Shown here one piece after another: positions 25,609-37,815 of a DNA stretch of 64,000 nt (positions are counted from its first letter, which is position 1; every line of letters begins with the position of its first letter). The DNA is taken from assembly GCF_018977255.1 (NCBI RefSeq), contig NW_024704743.1, positions 52,640,001-52,704,000 of the forward strand, written 5' to 3'. The notes beneath the pieces are model-generated. The model made no database searches. It was given only the letters and a program-made list of their open reading frames with translations, and was not told where the DNA came from. This stretch comes from Callorhinchus milii (taxonomy: Eukaryota). The position numbers and the translations under genes are program-made.

Positions 25609-25930
25609 GGAGTCCTGTAGCTCAGTGGTAGAGCACTTGCCTTGCAAGCGAGACACCTGGGTTCAATTCCAGGCAGGACGAAACCTTGGGCAAGTTTCCT
25701 TACTCCACACAGAGCCTAATAATAATCCCTCCAAAACCAAAAACAATAATAAATTGGTCATTTTCAATCTACGACTGTTTGTGAGACATTGCTGTGCGCA
25801 ATTGGCTGCCGCGTTCGCCCACAAATATACAGTCAATTCACTTTACAGTGTGTTCTGTGAAGCGCTTTGGGACGTCCTCCCGACGTGAAAAGCGCTATAT
25901 CAAATGCAAGGATTATTATTATTATTATTA
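25609..25930 (+). mobile_element. SINE family A, short form, full length
   Basis: A-box TAGCTCAGTGG, anticodon arm CTTGC-CTTGCAA-GCGAG (TGC, Ala-like), B-box GGTTCAATTCC, L2-type tail and (ATT)n. Confidence 0.95.
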
Positions 25931-26177
25931 CCTCTTCGACTGCACCTAAGGTCACCTCCTTCCCCCACTTGCTTGGGGTCGAACCCCACCAATTTACAGG
26001 ATTCCGAGACACCAACCATCCTGTGTGAATGGTGCAAAAATAATTTCAGGTTGTTGTTGTATTGCTGGGTACGTCACAGTTTTGGGATGGGCTAATTATG
26101 GCACATGCCATATGTACATTATTATGCACAGGAGTGAAAACTGCAAGGTATTGGAACTAATTGTCACATCCAAACTA

Positions 26178-26360
26178 ATCGCGTTTCGCCCATAAAATAT
26201 ACAATCAATTCACTTTGCAGTGTATCGGGACGTCCTCCCAACATGAAAGGCGCTATACAAATGTAATCTTGTTGTTGTTGTTGTATATTCTGTGAAGCGC
26301 TTTGAGACGTCTGAACAACGTGATAAGGTGCTACATCAAAGCAAGGATTATTATTATTAA
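26178..26360 (+). mobile_element. SINE family A 3' half with a nested L2 tail (~26226-26283)
   Basis: The SINE body is interrupted by GGGACGTCCTCCCAACATGAAAGGCGCTATACAAATGTAATCTT(GTT)n. Confidence 0.85.
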
Positions 26361-27427
26361 TCACTATTGTTGAAATATTACATTTTTCAACTGACGCAGC
26401 GAGTTCCCAGTTTTATCTGTGGGATCGAGGGATGACATTTGAGTAGTTCCTAATGATCACTACAAGGACTGAGAAAAGTGGAGGGATGAAATATATTTTG
26501 AAAACAATGTGCGAGGCAACAAAATGACAGCAGTTTGTAGCAGAACTGGTAAAGGATTTATAATGAATTAGTGGGGAAATTGAGCTCTTTTATCAACATG
26601 TAGCATTTAGGCTACTATGGAATGCCCATTTAGAGTGGTATGTCCGGTGGATTATGAAATATAACTGGCAGCTGTTGAGATATGTGAGATATGAATGACA
26701 CTTTAAGGAAGGGAAGATAGTCAATCTTTCATCATGACAGAACTGAACACTGGAATTGTGCAGTGAGAGGAAACACACATGCACCTCATGCACAAGAATG
26801 AGTCCTGCCCTCAAGCATCAATAAACTCACTTGCTCCCTGGTAATGAAACAGAAACTTGCCTTTAATGTGTTTACAGACAGACAATAACATTAAGTCCAT
26901 TTCCTTTACACTCTACAGATATGTTTGCATTAAAGATTTCAGCCTTTATTGTAATGTATCTATGAATGGCTGGGTTTATACACTCCCCTTAAATCCATTT
27001 CATTTTGGCATGAGAATTGACAACCACAATACAGTTGAGAAAACACAACTTAATTCATACAGAGAGTCTTTCGTAGCACCCTGGAGCAAGGATATATATC
27101 AACAGATTTAGAATGACTACTGAAAAAAAAGGAATTTGATAAACAATTCTAGGAAGGTTAAAACTTGGTTATCTATTTATAAAGGCTTTTGTTACACCAA
27201 TACGTAAAGCACATACGTGTGTTCGGTCACCAAAATTTGGTATTCAAAATATAATGAACAAAGTTATCAGGTAGGATCCATACCTTCTTATACTTTCTAC
27301 TAAAGTAAAAAAATACTTTTCATAATATTGTATCTTAAATATTTCAATGTAAAATAAGAAGGAAATCTCTCTTTGATGTCGCTGGTAGATATGCACACTA
27401 TAACTTTATGATTTCTTGACAAAAAAC

Positions 27428-27825
27428 TCTCGTCCTCACTTTCAAGGCCCTCCATGGCTTTGCCCCCTTCTACCTCTCCGATCTACTAACCTCTTATCAA
27501 CCTGTCCGCTCCTTCCGTTCAGCAGGCTCTGGCCTGCTCCATGTCCCCTGCCCGACCCACCTCACCTTCGGTGGTCAGGCCTTCAGCCTATCTGCCCCCA
27601 CCCTCTGGAACTCCATCTCACATTCCCTTCACCTCTCTCCCTGTCTTGCCTCCTTCAAGGCATGCTTCAAGACCCTCCCACTTGACTGTGCCTTCGGCCA
27701 CCCTCCTACCCTCTCTGCCCTCTACGCTCCCTGATGGCAAACCCTCCCACCACCCCCACTCAGGCCCTAATCCCTGCCTGTTCAGCGCCTTGGGACGTCC
27801 TCCCAACATGAAAAACGCTTTTGTA
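27428..27825 (+). mobile_element. L2 3'-end fragment
   Basis: FKALHGLPPFYLSDLL-like start, CCCTCTGGAACTCCATC and L2 tail. Confidence 0.9.
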
Positions 27826-27982
27826 TTGTATTTGTTTTGGTCAGCCAGGCGTCTGACATGTGCGGAAACCCATTACCATGCTTTAAAGACCAGATACAGT
27901 TACACCTTTGCCAGCTACACATGGAAATTTCCCTGAGTCTAGAATGGATAGAGCACTTTCTCCCTGGAGGAATGTATCCTGC

Positions 27983-28260
27983 TTACCTAATTCTGGAGAG
28001 TAATAAGCACAGGTCCACAAAAGCCCACGTTTGAATACCATTGGCATCACAGCTCATCATGAAATGTGTGAGAGTATTGCCATTATCTTCCTGCCCACAG
28101 CTAGGGCACACATCCTTACTCACTGAGTGATGGTCCCACCAGTGTGAGGTGCACAGCTGCTTACATCTAATGCATACGATTAGGATGAATACCAAGTCCC
28201 GGATATAAGAGTGAGTCTTCACAAACCCATACTCCAGGTAACACCTTCCAGCAGCTCAGG
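27983..28260 (-). mobile_element. Fossil Tx1/L1-clade ORF2 C-terminal zinc-knuckle fragment
   Basis: 'YIRDLVFILI...VCPSCGQEDNGNTLTHFMMSC...QTW' fits the RDL.....CPxC..ETxxHxxxxC....W pattern. Confidence 0.55.
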
Positions 28261-28989
28261 TCAGTGTAGGCCAGACCCCTCCCTCCTTGCAGTCACTTCC
28301 CCTTTTTACCACAAATCTACCTCAGTGCTTGATCTTGAAATTCACAAATGTGTTGGGCATAAATGCCCAAGAGCTCGGAAACATGAAGGAGAACTGTTAG
28401 AACATGCGTTTTAAACACCACAAGCATAACCTGCAATGGACCTTGCTGTCACTTAAGGAGATGAGGACGACTAGAGCGGTCTTTGCAGTGCAGTCCCGCA
28501 AGACAATGTCAAGCATAAGTTGGTGTCCAGGTTTTTAGATTGCATTGGATAGTATTGTCACCAACAGTTTATGCACATTTTCTTTATGTTGTTATTGTGG
28601 TAGCAGTACTGCCATAGTCGGGACATCCTCCCGACGTGAAAGGCACTATACAAATGTAATCTTGTTGTTGTTGTTGTTGCTGTTCCCCATGGCCCCTCCA
28701 GAGACAGTAGAGGAGGATATTGTAATATAAACCTGGCTTCCCGTTATCTCCAGCAAACCTGCTGTCGTAATGTAGCTGCGAGCGGATTGAAAGGTCAATC
28801 TACCAGTCAGGCAACATTCAGATCAGTAGCCAGCCAGGTCCTGCCTTGGTGTCTGCAAAGCCGGACAATAACGTCAACTAGTTATTGACTTAAACATTTG
28901 CAAATATGAACGAACGTGGATAACTGTCTGAATTTTTCTGCCAATGTTTTAAAATAAAATTACCTGTTACCAGATTTACTCAAACATAC

Positions 28990-30240
28990 CACTTGTGGTA
29001 AACAGTGAGAAGGATAGGAGCCAACTGGAGTAAGACATAGACAGAATGGTAAAATGGGCAGACACATGGCAGATGAGTTTCAATGTAGAGAAATGCGAAG
29101 TAATGCATTTTGGTAGAAAGAATGAGGGGAGGCAATATATGCTAGGTAATACAATCTTAAGGGGGGGTAAAAGAACAGAGAGACCTAGGGGTCCAGGTAA
29201 ATGAATCCTTGAAGTGGCAGGACAGGTAGATAAGGCTGTAAAAAGGGCAAATGGGATTCTAGGCTTTATAAATAGGGGCATAGAGTACAAGAGTCAGGAG
29301 GGTATGATTAACCTACATAAAACACTGGTTAGGCCTCAGTTAGAATACTGTGCCTAGTTCTGGGAACAACACTATAGGAAGGATGTTAACACATTATAAT
29401 AATAATAATAATAATCCTTGCATTTGATATAGCATTTTTCATGTCTTCTAGACGTCCCAAAGCGCTTCACAGAATATACTGTTAAGTGAATTGACTGTAT
29501 ATTTGTGGGCGAACGCGGCAGCAAATTGCACACAGCAATATCCCACAAACAGTCGTGGATTGAAAATGACCAATTTATTATTGTTTTTTGTTTTGGAGGG
29601 ATTATTATTAGGCGTGTGGAGTAAGGAAACTTGCCCAAGGTTTCGCCCTGCCTGGACTTGAACTCAGGTCTCTCTCTTGCAAAGCAAGTGCTCTAACCAC
29701 TGAGCTACAGGACTCCACATCCTTCACATGCATTGGAAAGGGTGCAGAGGAGATTTACGAGGATGGTACCAGGAATGAGGGACCTTGATTATGAGGGAAG
29801 GCTGGAGAGGCCAGGATTATTCTCATTGGAGTAGAGAAGGTTAACAGGAGACTTAATAGAGGTCTTCAAAATCATGAGGGGATTTGATAGGTTAGAAAGG
29901 GAAAAACTGTTTCCACTGGTGGGTGTGTCGGTGACTCGAGGTCACAGATTCAAAATAGTCTCTAAAAGAAGCAGAGGGAAGGTGAGCAGAAATTTTTTCA
30001 CTCAGCGAGTTGTTCGAATCTGGAACGCATGGCCTGAAAGGGTGGTCGAGGCTGATTCAATAACTACTTTTAAAAATGCAGTGGATGGGTATTTGAGAAG
30101 GACGGGTTTGCAGAGTTATGGGGAAAGGGCTGGGGAGTGGGACTGACATTAATTGCTCTATTCAAAGAGCCGGCACAGACTCGATGGGCCGAATGGCCTC
30201 TTTTTGTGCTGTACAATTCTATGATTCTATGATTCTATGT
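28990..30240 (+). mobile_element. CR1 LINE 3' part with (ATTCTATG)n tail, interrupted by a SINE
   Basis: WADTWQMSFNVEKCEVMHFG, then ORF 29874-30146 'LFPLVGVSVTRGHRFK...FFTQRVVRIWN'. 3' UTR GATGGGCCGAATGGCCTC and octamer tail. Confidence 0.95.
29397..29716 (-). mobile_element. SINE family A, short form, nested in CR1
   Basis: Near match to the reverse complement of 25609-25930. Confidence 0.95.
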
Positions 30241-31449
30241 GGGTGCAACTTCTGCATAGGAGGAGATCTAAGCTTGTTCTGATCTATACACCACAATCTC
30301 TAATTAAAAGGAAACTGGTCTCCGGTTCTCTTCTGATTACCAGTTTCTTCTGATTGCATCAATTTAGGCTGCCAATACTGGAAATATAATGTATTACAAT
30401 AAAAAAAACAGGTTTTGCTTTTGCAACATTAAGCACCATCCTTCTATGCACTCCAAATGCTAACTCAGATTGTTTTTCCTTTCTAAGATTTTGTTTAAGG
30501 GGAACTATCATCCTAGAGAGCAGGTAAGCTGGGTTCCTTGGAGCTGAACTGGCTACAAGCTGACATGTCTGACAATGTTGCAATCGAGCCAGCCCTTGTG
30601 GCGGTCTCGGTAGTCTGGTTCCTGTACATGGCTGGTCTTAGTATTCCCAGGCACTGTTGATGACAGCACAGCCAGCCTGGCTCATCGGCAGGCAGACCAG
30701 TCACTAGGGGCAGGGAGTCATCGCACTTAGCTCCTGTTAATCCTGCAAATCAAAGCCCTAAACAGTCGGGTGGTCATAGCTGGATAAGCAGCAGGAAAAC
30801 TTGCCAAACAACAACATCAATGGCAAGCTATGCGGTTTTAGCTGGTTAGACTCCAGCAGTGCCCCAACATATTCTGGGATCCCCAAGCCTTGGCTCTTGT
30901 CAACTTGCACCTAATACTTTCTGGAATGAGGTAAGCAGGATGTGTCCCTCCTGCAGGGAGAGAGTGCACATTCCATTCCAACAATCTATCTCTGGGATTT
31001 CCATGTGGAGGTGGGATGCCATGGAAATCTCAGCTTGGTTTGGATACTCTTAAGCATGGTGATGGGTTTCTGCATGTGTCAAACACCCTACTGATCAAAA
31101 ACATTAAAGGGGAACTGTGACCTATTGAGGTGATTGGGCTAAAGGATCTCAAATTTCATGTTTTGGATGGGACTATTTCATGCAGCCATGTGAAACACAT
31201 GATATTTTAACATCCAAGAATATGTTGGAAAACTTGAATACATCTTGGAACAAGGATATGAATGGATGGAGCAAATTCTCTGGCTAAGTTAAGCAATAAC
31301 TTTGTGTAACACTTTGAAATGTTTGAATTTATAGATGTTCGACAATATAGATCAAATTAAAAGATTATTATGAATGGCAATGACATGGTCTGTGCAGCTG
31401 TGGAGGGGACATTTCCGAACTGAGGATGGCCCATGAAAGATCAGTTATG

Positions 31450-31637
31450 TCAAAAATGCCCAACATCTCTATCGAATGCACTAGTAGTTTGAAGAATGTT
31501 TTGTTTGGCACCGAGCTCATCCCTGCACAGGACAGAGCCATCTGTGCTTCTGGCAAGACGTGACCAATCCACTGAATGCTGAGAAGAGGACGAAGCAGAC
31601 CTGGGAAGAGGAGTGCAAGGAAGTGCATGACCTGTAG
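31450..31637 (+). pseudogene. Frameshifted Myb/SANT-like DNA-binding domain, probably from a Harbinger transposon
   Basis: 31453 reads KMPNISIECTSSLKNVLFG. In another frame 31551 reads WQDVTNPLNAEKRTKQTWEEECKEVHDL*, matching the 'PNFS...VLFG...W..V...LNA....RT..QC.K.W.DL' pattern. Confidence 0.6.
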
Positions 31638-31642
31638 CCAAT

Positions 31643-31935
31643 TAATAACAATCCTTGCATTTGATATAGCACCTATCAAATTAGGAGAATTGTTCAAAAC
31701 ACTTCACAAGATTTACTGTAAAAGGTAGTGACTTTATATTTTGTTGGAAAACAGAGCAGCAGATCTGCACATAGAAATGTCCCATGAACAGCTTTAACCA
31801 ATTTTATTTGGAGGATTGTTGGCCAGGACACCAGGAGAAACTAGCTTTTTTCGAGTAATGCCATGGGATTGGAAGAGGCAGATGGGACCTTGGTTTAATG
31901 TTTCATTCAAAAGACAGCATCTCTTCCAATGTAGC
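31643..31935 (-). mobile_element. SINE family B, 5'-truncated
   Basis: Tail ATCCTTGCATTTGATATAGC, TTGGCCAGGACACCAGGAG and CTTGGTTTAATG core. Confidence 0.8.
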
Positions 31936-32123
31936 TCACGGGCTGAATTAAAAGCCTTCCCATAATCTGCATGCTTTTTTTTGGGAAGATGGGAGTGAAA
32001 AAGCTGTAACCAGATTTTAGATCAATCAACTGTGACTGACATCATGGGGGGTGGGGGGGGGGGTGGGTGGAAAGAAAGGAGTTTATTCACTCCCAGACCT
32101 GTCAATATTAATTTAGGCTTCGG

Positions 32124-32623
32124 GACCACATCACTCCCACCCTCGCTCGCCTCCACTGGCTCCCATCCCCCAGAGGATCGAATTCAAGATCCTCATCCTC
32201 ACCTACAAGGCCATTCATGGCCTCGCTCCCTCCTACCTCTCCGACCTACTATCCCCTACCTACCTGCCCGTACCCTCCGTTCCTCTGGCTCCGGTCTGCT
32301 CCACATCCCCCGCCCCAACCGCCCTACCATCGGTGGCCGGGCCTTCAGCCTCTCAGCCCCAAGGCTCTGGAACTCCATCTCCCAGTGCCTTCGCCTTGCT
32401 TCCTCCCTTTCCTCCTTCAAGGCCGGTCTCAAGACCTTTCTCTTTGACCGTGCCTTCAGCTCCTCTCTCGAATCTCTACCCCCTCCTCGCTCCCTCCCTT
32501 CCCTCCCCTCACCCTGACCATTTCCCCCCTGCTCGGGGCCTGAGACAACTGTACAGCGCCTTGGGACGTCCTCCCGACGTGAAAGGTGCTCAATAAATGG
32601 AATCTTGTTGTTGTTGTTGTTGT
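32124..32623 (+). mobile_element. L2 3'-end, relatively young
   Basis: 'RSSGSGLLHIP...GGRAFSLSAPRLWNSI...SSFKAGLKTFLFDRAF' and (GTT)n tail. Confidence 0.95.
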
Positions 32624-33285
32624 AAAGACCAGTTAATCATTGTCACCAGCAATAATTGTGACATAGAAATGTTGCAATTTGTCACCTCACAGATTCCAAA
32701 CTAACCTGCCAGTTATTTTGCTCCGCAAACCACCTGCACCATATCGGTGTGCTCAGTAACCTCTTCCCGGATCTTCTTCATGCTGCTTTGTGATCCGCTG
32801 CATGTGAAATTGGCTTAAGTCTATCCATATCCTGTGAAGCGGCAGTAAAACAGCAACTCCACGATGGGAAACAACTGTCTAGGCTTCTAAAGGGAATCCA
32901 GGATAGCGGTCTGAAAATCTCAGACACAATGATTATGCTAACTTTGGCATCATGGGTGCAGAGGAGTGGAGCGGGGGGATTCAGGTCTGTGGCCAGTTTT
33001 TAGAAAGTGTTGAAAAAATGCAATATTTCAGGGCAGATTTTCTATCATATTCCATAAAAATTGAAATGTGTTACGGGATCTCACATTTTTCGAGTCATCA
33101 AGTGAATTCAATCAATATAACATTGAGTATTATAAAATATCTAGACTCATGGTTGAATTAGCGTGCCATCAGCACTCATTGGCCACATAATGAATGGCCA
33201 CTTGAGATGTGAATGGCTACTGTGTACTGTGTATGGCAGCTGACTGTGTACCCCAGTTTACAGCTCACAACGTGCAGGAAAGGAA

Positions 33286-33514
33286 GGGAAGCAATGTCAC
33301 CTGGGCCTGGACTATTGAGGCATTTTACAGTATCCAGAATTTGGCAAATTGCTGAATTTAGTCTTAGCTTTGTAGTCGATTTTCTGTGATTTCTTAAAAG
33401 AATTTATAGAAAACCATCTTCACATTTAAGACTTCATTTAAGAATCTACCAAATTCTGGACACTCTGGAATACTACATACATAGTAAATTTAGAGCCAGG
33501 TGAAATTTCTCCCC
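33286..33514. mobile_element. Fold-back MITE, copy 2
   Basis: Termini GGGAAGCAATGTCACCTGG and CCAGGTGAAATTTCTCCCC. The interior 33330-33463 is itself an imperfect palindrome. Confidence 0.75.
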
Positions 33515-35046
33515 ATGTTTATTTAAAGATAAACACTCTGTGGGAGTGGGACGGGTAACTTACATTTTAGAAATATTTCATTATAATCATTCTTTATTCT
33601 TATTAATTTATTTTTTTGAATATATATATTTTTTAAATGATTTTTTTTCTGTTTTCTTAAAGATACTTTACATTTCCTGAACATTTACAACCTTTGTGTA
33701 CAGTACACGTACAATGTAGCTATCGGCAAATTATTATGTCAAGAGTGGATTACAAGAGAGAATTTTATACCAGCCTCCAGATTGAACCTTTTTTAAAAAA
33801 ATTAACAGGGCTGTGATAACTCGGCCTCCTACAAACTGGTGATGAGATCATGTTGGGGGACGTTGGGTGGTTTATAATTGTATCATTATGTACTTTAATC
33901 CCTCCCCCATCCTGGGTGCCAATTGAGGAGCCAAGGGATTAAGATTTCCCTGGAGGCATCTCCACTTACCAGCCACTTTGATTTGAAGAGTAGGAAATCC
34001 TGTAGCAATGGAATGTCAAGTATTTTCATTGGTTTTGTGTTCTATGTACTTACTTTTCTCTGTGTGCAGATCCCAGTTAGGTTTTGTTGTGTTTAACGTG
34101 TTACATAACACTTAAAATTAGATAAATACATTGCTACTTTTTTCCAGTTAAATTTATTGTACAAATGTGTTTCACTGACTGAATTAAAAGGCTGGATAAT
34201 GTGAAACATTTCGTTTACCTTTCTTTCAATTGCACACTATTCTCTCTCTCCTCTCTCTCTTGCTTTTGATTTGTGTCCCCTTTCTTTGATGTCCAGTGCA
34301 AGTGTGGAGTTCTCGGAACAGAGAATAACTGATGGAAGTTTTATTCACAACCAGTGACCAACCACACAGTACATGATTGATTTCTCCAACCGAAACCGTG
34401 TTATGTGATGTGCAGCATGTTACTTATAACAGGCTGTCATCTTTAAAAGAAAAATTGATATCAGGACTTTATTTTTCTCCAGCCTCTTATGCCACTTCAT
34501 GCTTTCCACCAATGTACCATTCGTCTGCTGAAAGTGTAAATAAGCATGTAATCAGCTCTCAGGCCTGGCCAATGCTATTTTTTGTAGGTGGCTCTTACAA
34601 GGTGTATCACACCAGCCATATAGAAAAATGCTTTTGCCTCTACATATAGCATGCAGAGCAAAACAAAAACAACTTGCATTTTTTGTAGCGCCCTTCACTC
34701 ATGGTAGCACCTCAGAGTGCTTAACAGCTTGGTCTACCTGAACTTGGAGAAAGTGGAAACCTATAAATGTTTCCAAGTATCTGGAACTATCTTATTGAAA
34801 AGACAAATTAAAGATGAAGATAAGGCTAGGAGTGGAAAAACACACCAGCTGCAGCTCTCAGTCCTAACATTATTTAGTGACCTTTCATCAAAGTATTTTA
34901 AAGAAAACTTGATGGTAACATGTGGAAGAAGAGAATAGAGGGGTACAGGAGGAATGGGGGCTTCTGTGAAGTATAAATACCAGCGCGAATTGGTTGAGCT
35001 GAATGGCTTTATGCTGTATCAACCTATGTAACTTCCCTTCAGGGGA

Positions 35047-35357
35047 AATAATAATCCTTGCATTTGATATAGTGCTTTGCACATCTTCTAGACGTCTCAA
35101 AGCGCTTCACAGAATATACTGTAAAGTGAATTGACTGTATATTTGTGGGCAAAACGCAGCAGCCAATTGCGCACAGCAGTGTCCCACAGTTGTGGATTGA
35201 AGTGACCAATTTTTTTATTATTGTGTTTCTTTTCTTGAGGGATTATTATCAGGCATGTGGAGTAAGGAAACTTGCCCAAGGTTTCGCCCTGCCAGGAATC
35301 GAACCCAGGTCTCTTACTTGCGAGGCGATTGCTCTAACCACTGAGCTACAGGACTCC
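35047..35357 (-). mobile_element. SINE family A, short form, full length
   Basis: Matches 29397-29716. Confidence 0.95.
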
Positions 35358-36294
35358 AAAATGTGTATGTTTGGGATATGAAGGAGGCTATAATCCAGTT
35401 TGGCTTTGATTACACCTCCCCCAAACCCCACATGGTCACAAACCTGGCAACACCCACAAACTCAATCCACACACAAAGAAAATGGTGGGATGAATGAAAC
35501 TCAGACAGTACTGCAGAATTGTAGCCCTGAATTAAATCAATAACTTCAGGGCAGTGCAGGGGAGGGGGGAGTTGAGAAAGGGTAAGATGTACATGAGGGA
35601 AGGGCCAATAACTGTAGCAGATTTATACATTTGTACAAGATTCCATCAAGGTGGGCTGTTGAATTTACGTTCACGTCATAAAAATGTTGTCCCCCTCTCC
35701 TTTTTGTGAGCAGAATGTATTAGCCAATAGTAAAACGCTTTAAGTTAGATCTATTGAAACAAGAGGGAAAAAAATGTTAGTAATGGTTAATCATTTATCA
35801 GGAAACATTTCACCATTATATAAATTGGTTCAAGATGTAGTGTTCCTGAAAATGATAATGAACAACTAACCACAATGTCAGAGATATTTGTTATTGGAAT
35901 ACATTTATTTATATACGAGTTTAAGAAAGCAACATTGTTTCTAAATATTCTGTATTTATCTCAGTCTCTGTTGTTTGGTTTTGTGATAACTTTACCTTTC
36001 TAACAGAACAACATTTAAGAGTAATTAGAGCCAGTATTTCAGCTATCATTTCTGGCTTTTGATGAGACACATTTAATGTTCTGAGGTAAAACATGTTTTT
36101 TCATTAGGTAATTGAAATAGAGCTGACTCCAGGATACAGCAGCAAAACAAAACTAAGACTAAAAAACTGGAGGTGAATTGAGAAGTGAAGTAAAAAGTGA
36201 ACTCTGCACTGAAAGAGAGTTGCACAAAGTGATAAGGCTCCATATCCTTTATTTAATACAGTTTATATAATATATAATAGATATATATTCCTTA

Positions 36295-36670
36295 CATTTA
36301 TAATGACTTTCGCGTCGGGGGGGACATTCCAACTCGCTTCACAGCATATACTGGAAAGTGCAGTGATTGTGTTTTTGGACAAAATCGACAGCTAATTTGC
36401 ACACACAGTGTCCAACAAACTGCCCTGAAGTGAATGACCAATATTTTATTTGAGGAATTGTTGGCCAGGAAACTTTTTGAATAGTGCCATGGGATCTTTA
36501 ACATCCGCCTGAACAGACAGACTGAGCCTCATTTTTTAACATTTCATCAAAAGGATGGAACTTCCTACAACGCAGCACACCCCCAGCACTGCAAAAGAAT
36601 GTCAACATCGTGCATCCCACTCACAATTAACTATCTCAGAGGCGAGAGTGCTAGCAAATGAGCGAGGCAA
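36295..36670 (-). mobile_element. SINE family B
   Basis: GAATAGTGCCATGGGATCTTTAACATCC core and CTCAGAGGCGAGAGTGCTA head. Confidence 0.85.
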
Positions 36671-36789
36671 GATATGCTGACGAGAAGTTGATCTTAACTA
36701 ATGGCGCAATCATACAACATATGTCATGAAATGATGGGGTCAACCATTAGAAAGAAAATGGAAGATTAATTGTATAAAAACAATATACT

Positions 36790-37430
36790 AAATGACAGTC
36801 AATGCAAAATAAGAAGGGATGGATCTTGTCTGACCAACCGCATAGAATTCTTTGCATTGGAGACATCCTACGTTGATTGTGGGAAACTATTTGATGTTAT
36901 ACATCTGGACTTCCAAAAGGTATTTGACAAAGTGCATGAGAGACTTCGTCACAGATATATGTTACCAGGTATTAATGACAAGACATGGATTTTAAATTAA
37001 TTGAAGGATTGGAACCAGAAATAGTTGTTAGTGGAGTTAGGTCAAAATGGGGCGGAGATATTAAGTGGGGTACCTCAGTGACTGTGCTGGGACCCAAACT
37101 GTTTCTTAAATATATTAATGATCTGCATTCACAGACCCCATGTACATTAGACGGATATAATATTTCAAGTGGGATTTTGAATGGAAACTCAGAACAATAC
37201 ATTTAGAGTTGCAAAGGGTAATTTCAGGACAGACACCAGGAACTATTTATTTATCCAGTGGGTAATTAGTAACTGGAAGAGGTTGTTAGGATGTGTGGCT
37301 GAGGGCAGTATGCCAGACTCGTTTAAAAAGAGTTTAATGCTGTGATGGGAGGACAGTAGGGGGAAAATTCAGAAAGGATCCAATCAAATAGGCTGAAGGG
37401 CCTTCTTTTTCGAACCTCTTGTGATCTAGC
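36790..37430 (+). mobile_element. Decayed CR1 RT fragment with internal deletion, plus 3' end
   Basis: 'SCLTNRIEFF...DVIHLDFQKVFDKVHERL' and 'VLGPKLFLKYINDL'. Confidence 0.85.
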
Positions 37431-37589
37431 ATTATCTGTAGTAGAACAGTATCTAAGCTTGGTTGTATTTCCTGCTGTGAGTCTTAGGTGCAACTAACCT
37501 CATAAAATGTTTAATCAATCCTCAAAGATTGATCCAATTCATTCTTAAAAGCTGATACGAATTTGGCTTCAAAAATCAGAACAAATCTG

Positions 37590-37815
37590 CAGAAACACTA
37601 TTTCAGTGAGCGGGTAGTAAACGTATGGAACAGCCTCCGTAGGGAGAAGGTGAAAGCAGAAAGTGTTGATTCTTTCATGAACAAATTAGATAGATTTCTG
37701 TTTGAAAATAATATCTCGGGATACAATATATAGTTTAGGACACGACATGTCAAGTGACTGCCAGGTTGGTGGAAGTACTTTGGTCTTCTTTCGCCTAGCA
37801 AATTCTTATGTTCTT
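37590..37815 (+). mobile_element. CR1 3'-end fragment; a related minus-strand copy lies at ~20665-20840
   Basis: FSERVVNVWNSL motif and TTCTTATGTTCTTAT tail. Confidence 0.8.

Noticed and set aside
25609..25682. tRNA-Ala(TGC)-like cloverleaf
   Set aside because: It is the head of a multi-copy SINE, runs straight into the SINE body, and has imperfect stems.
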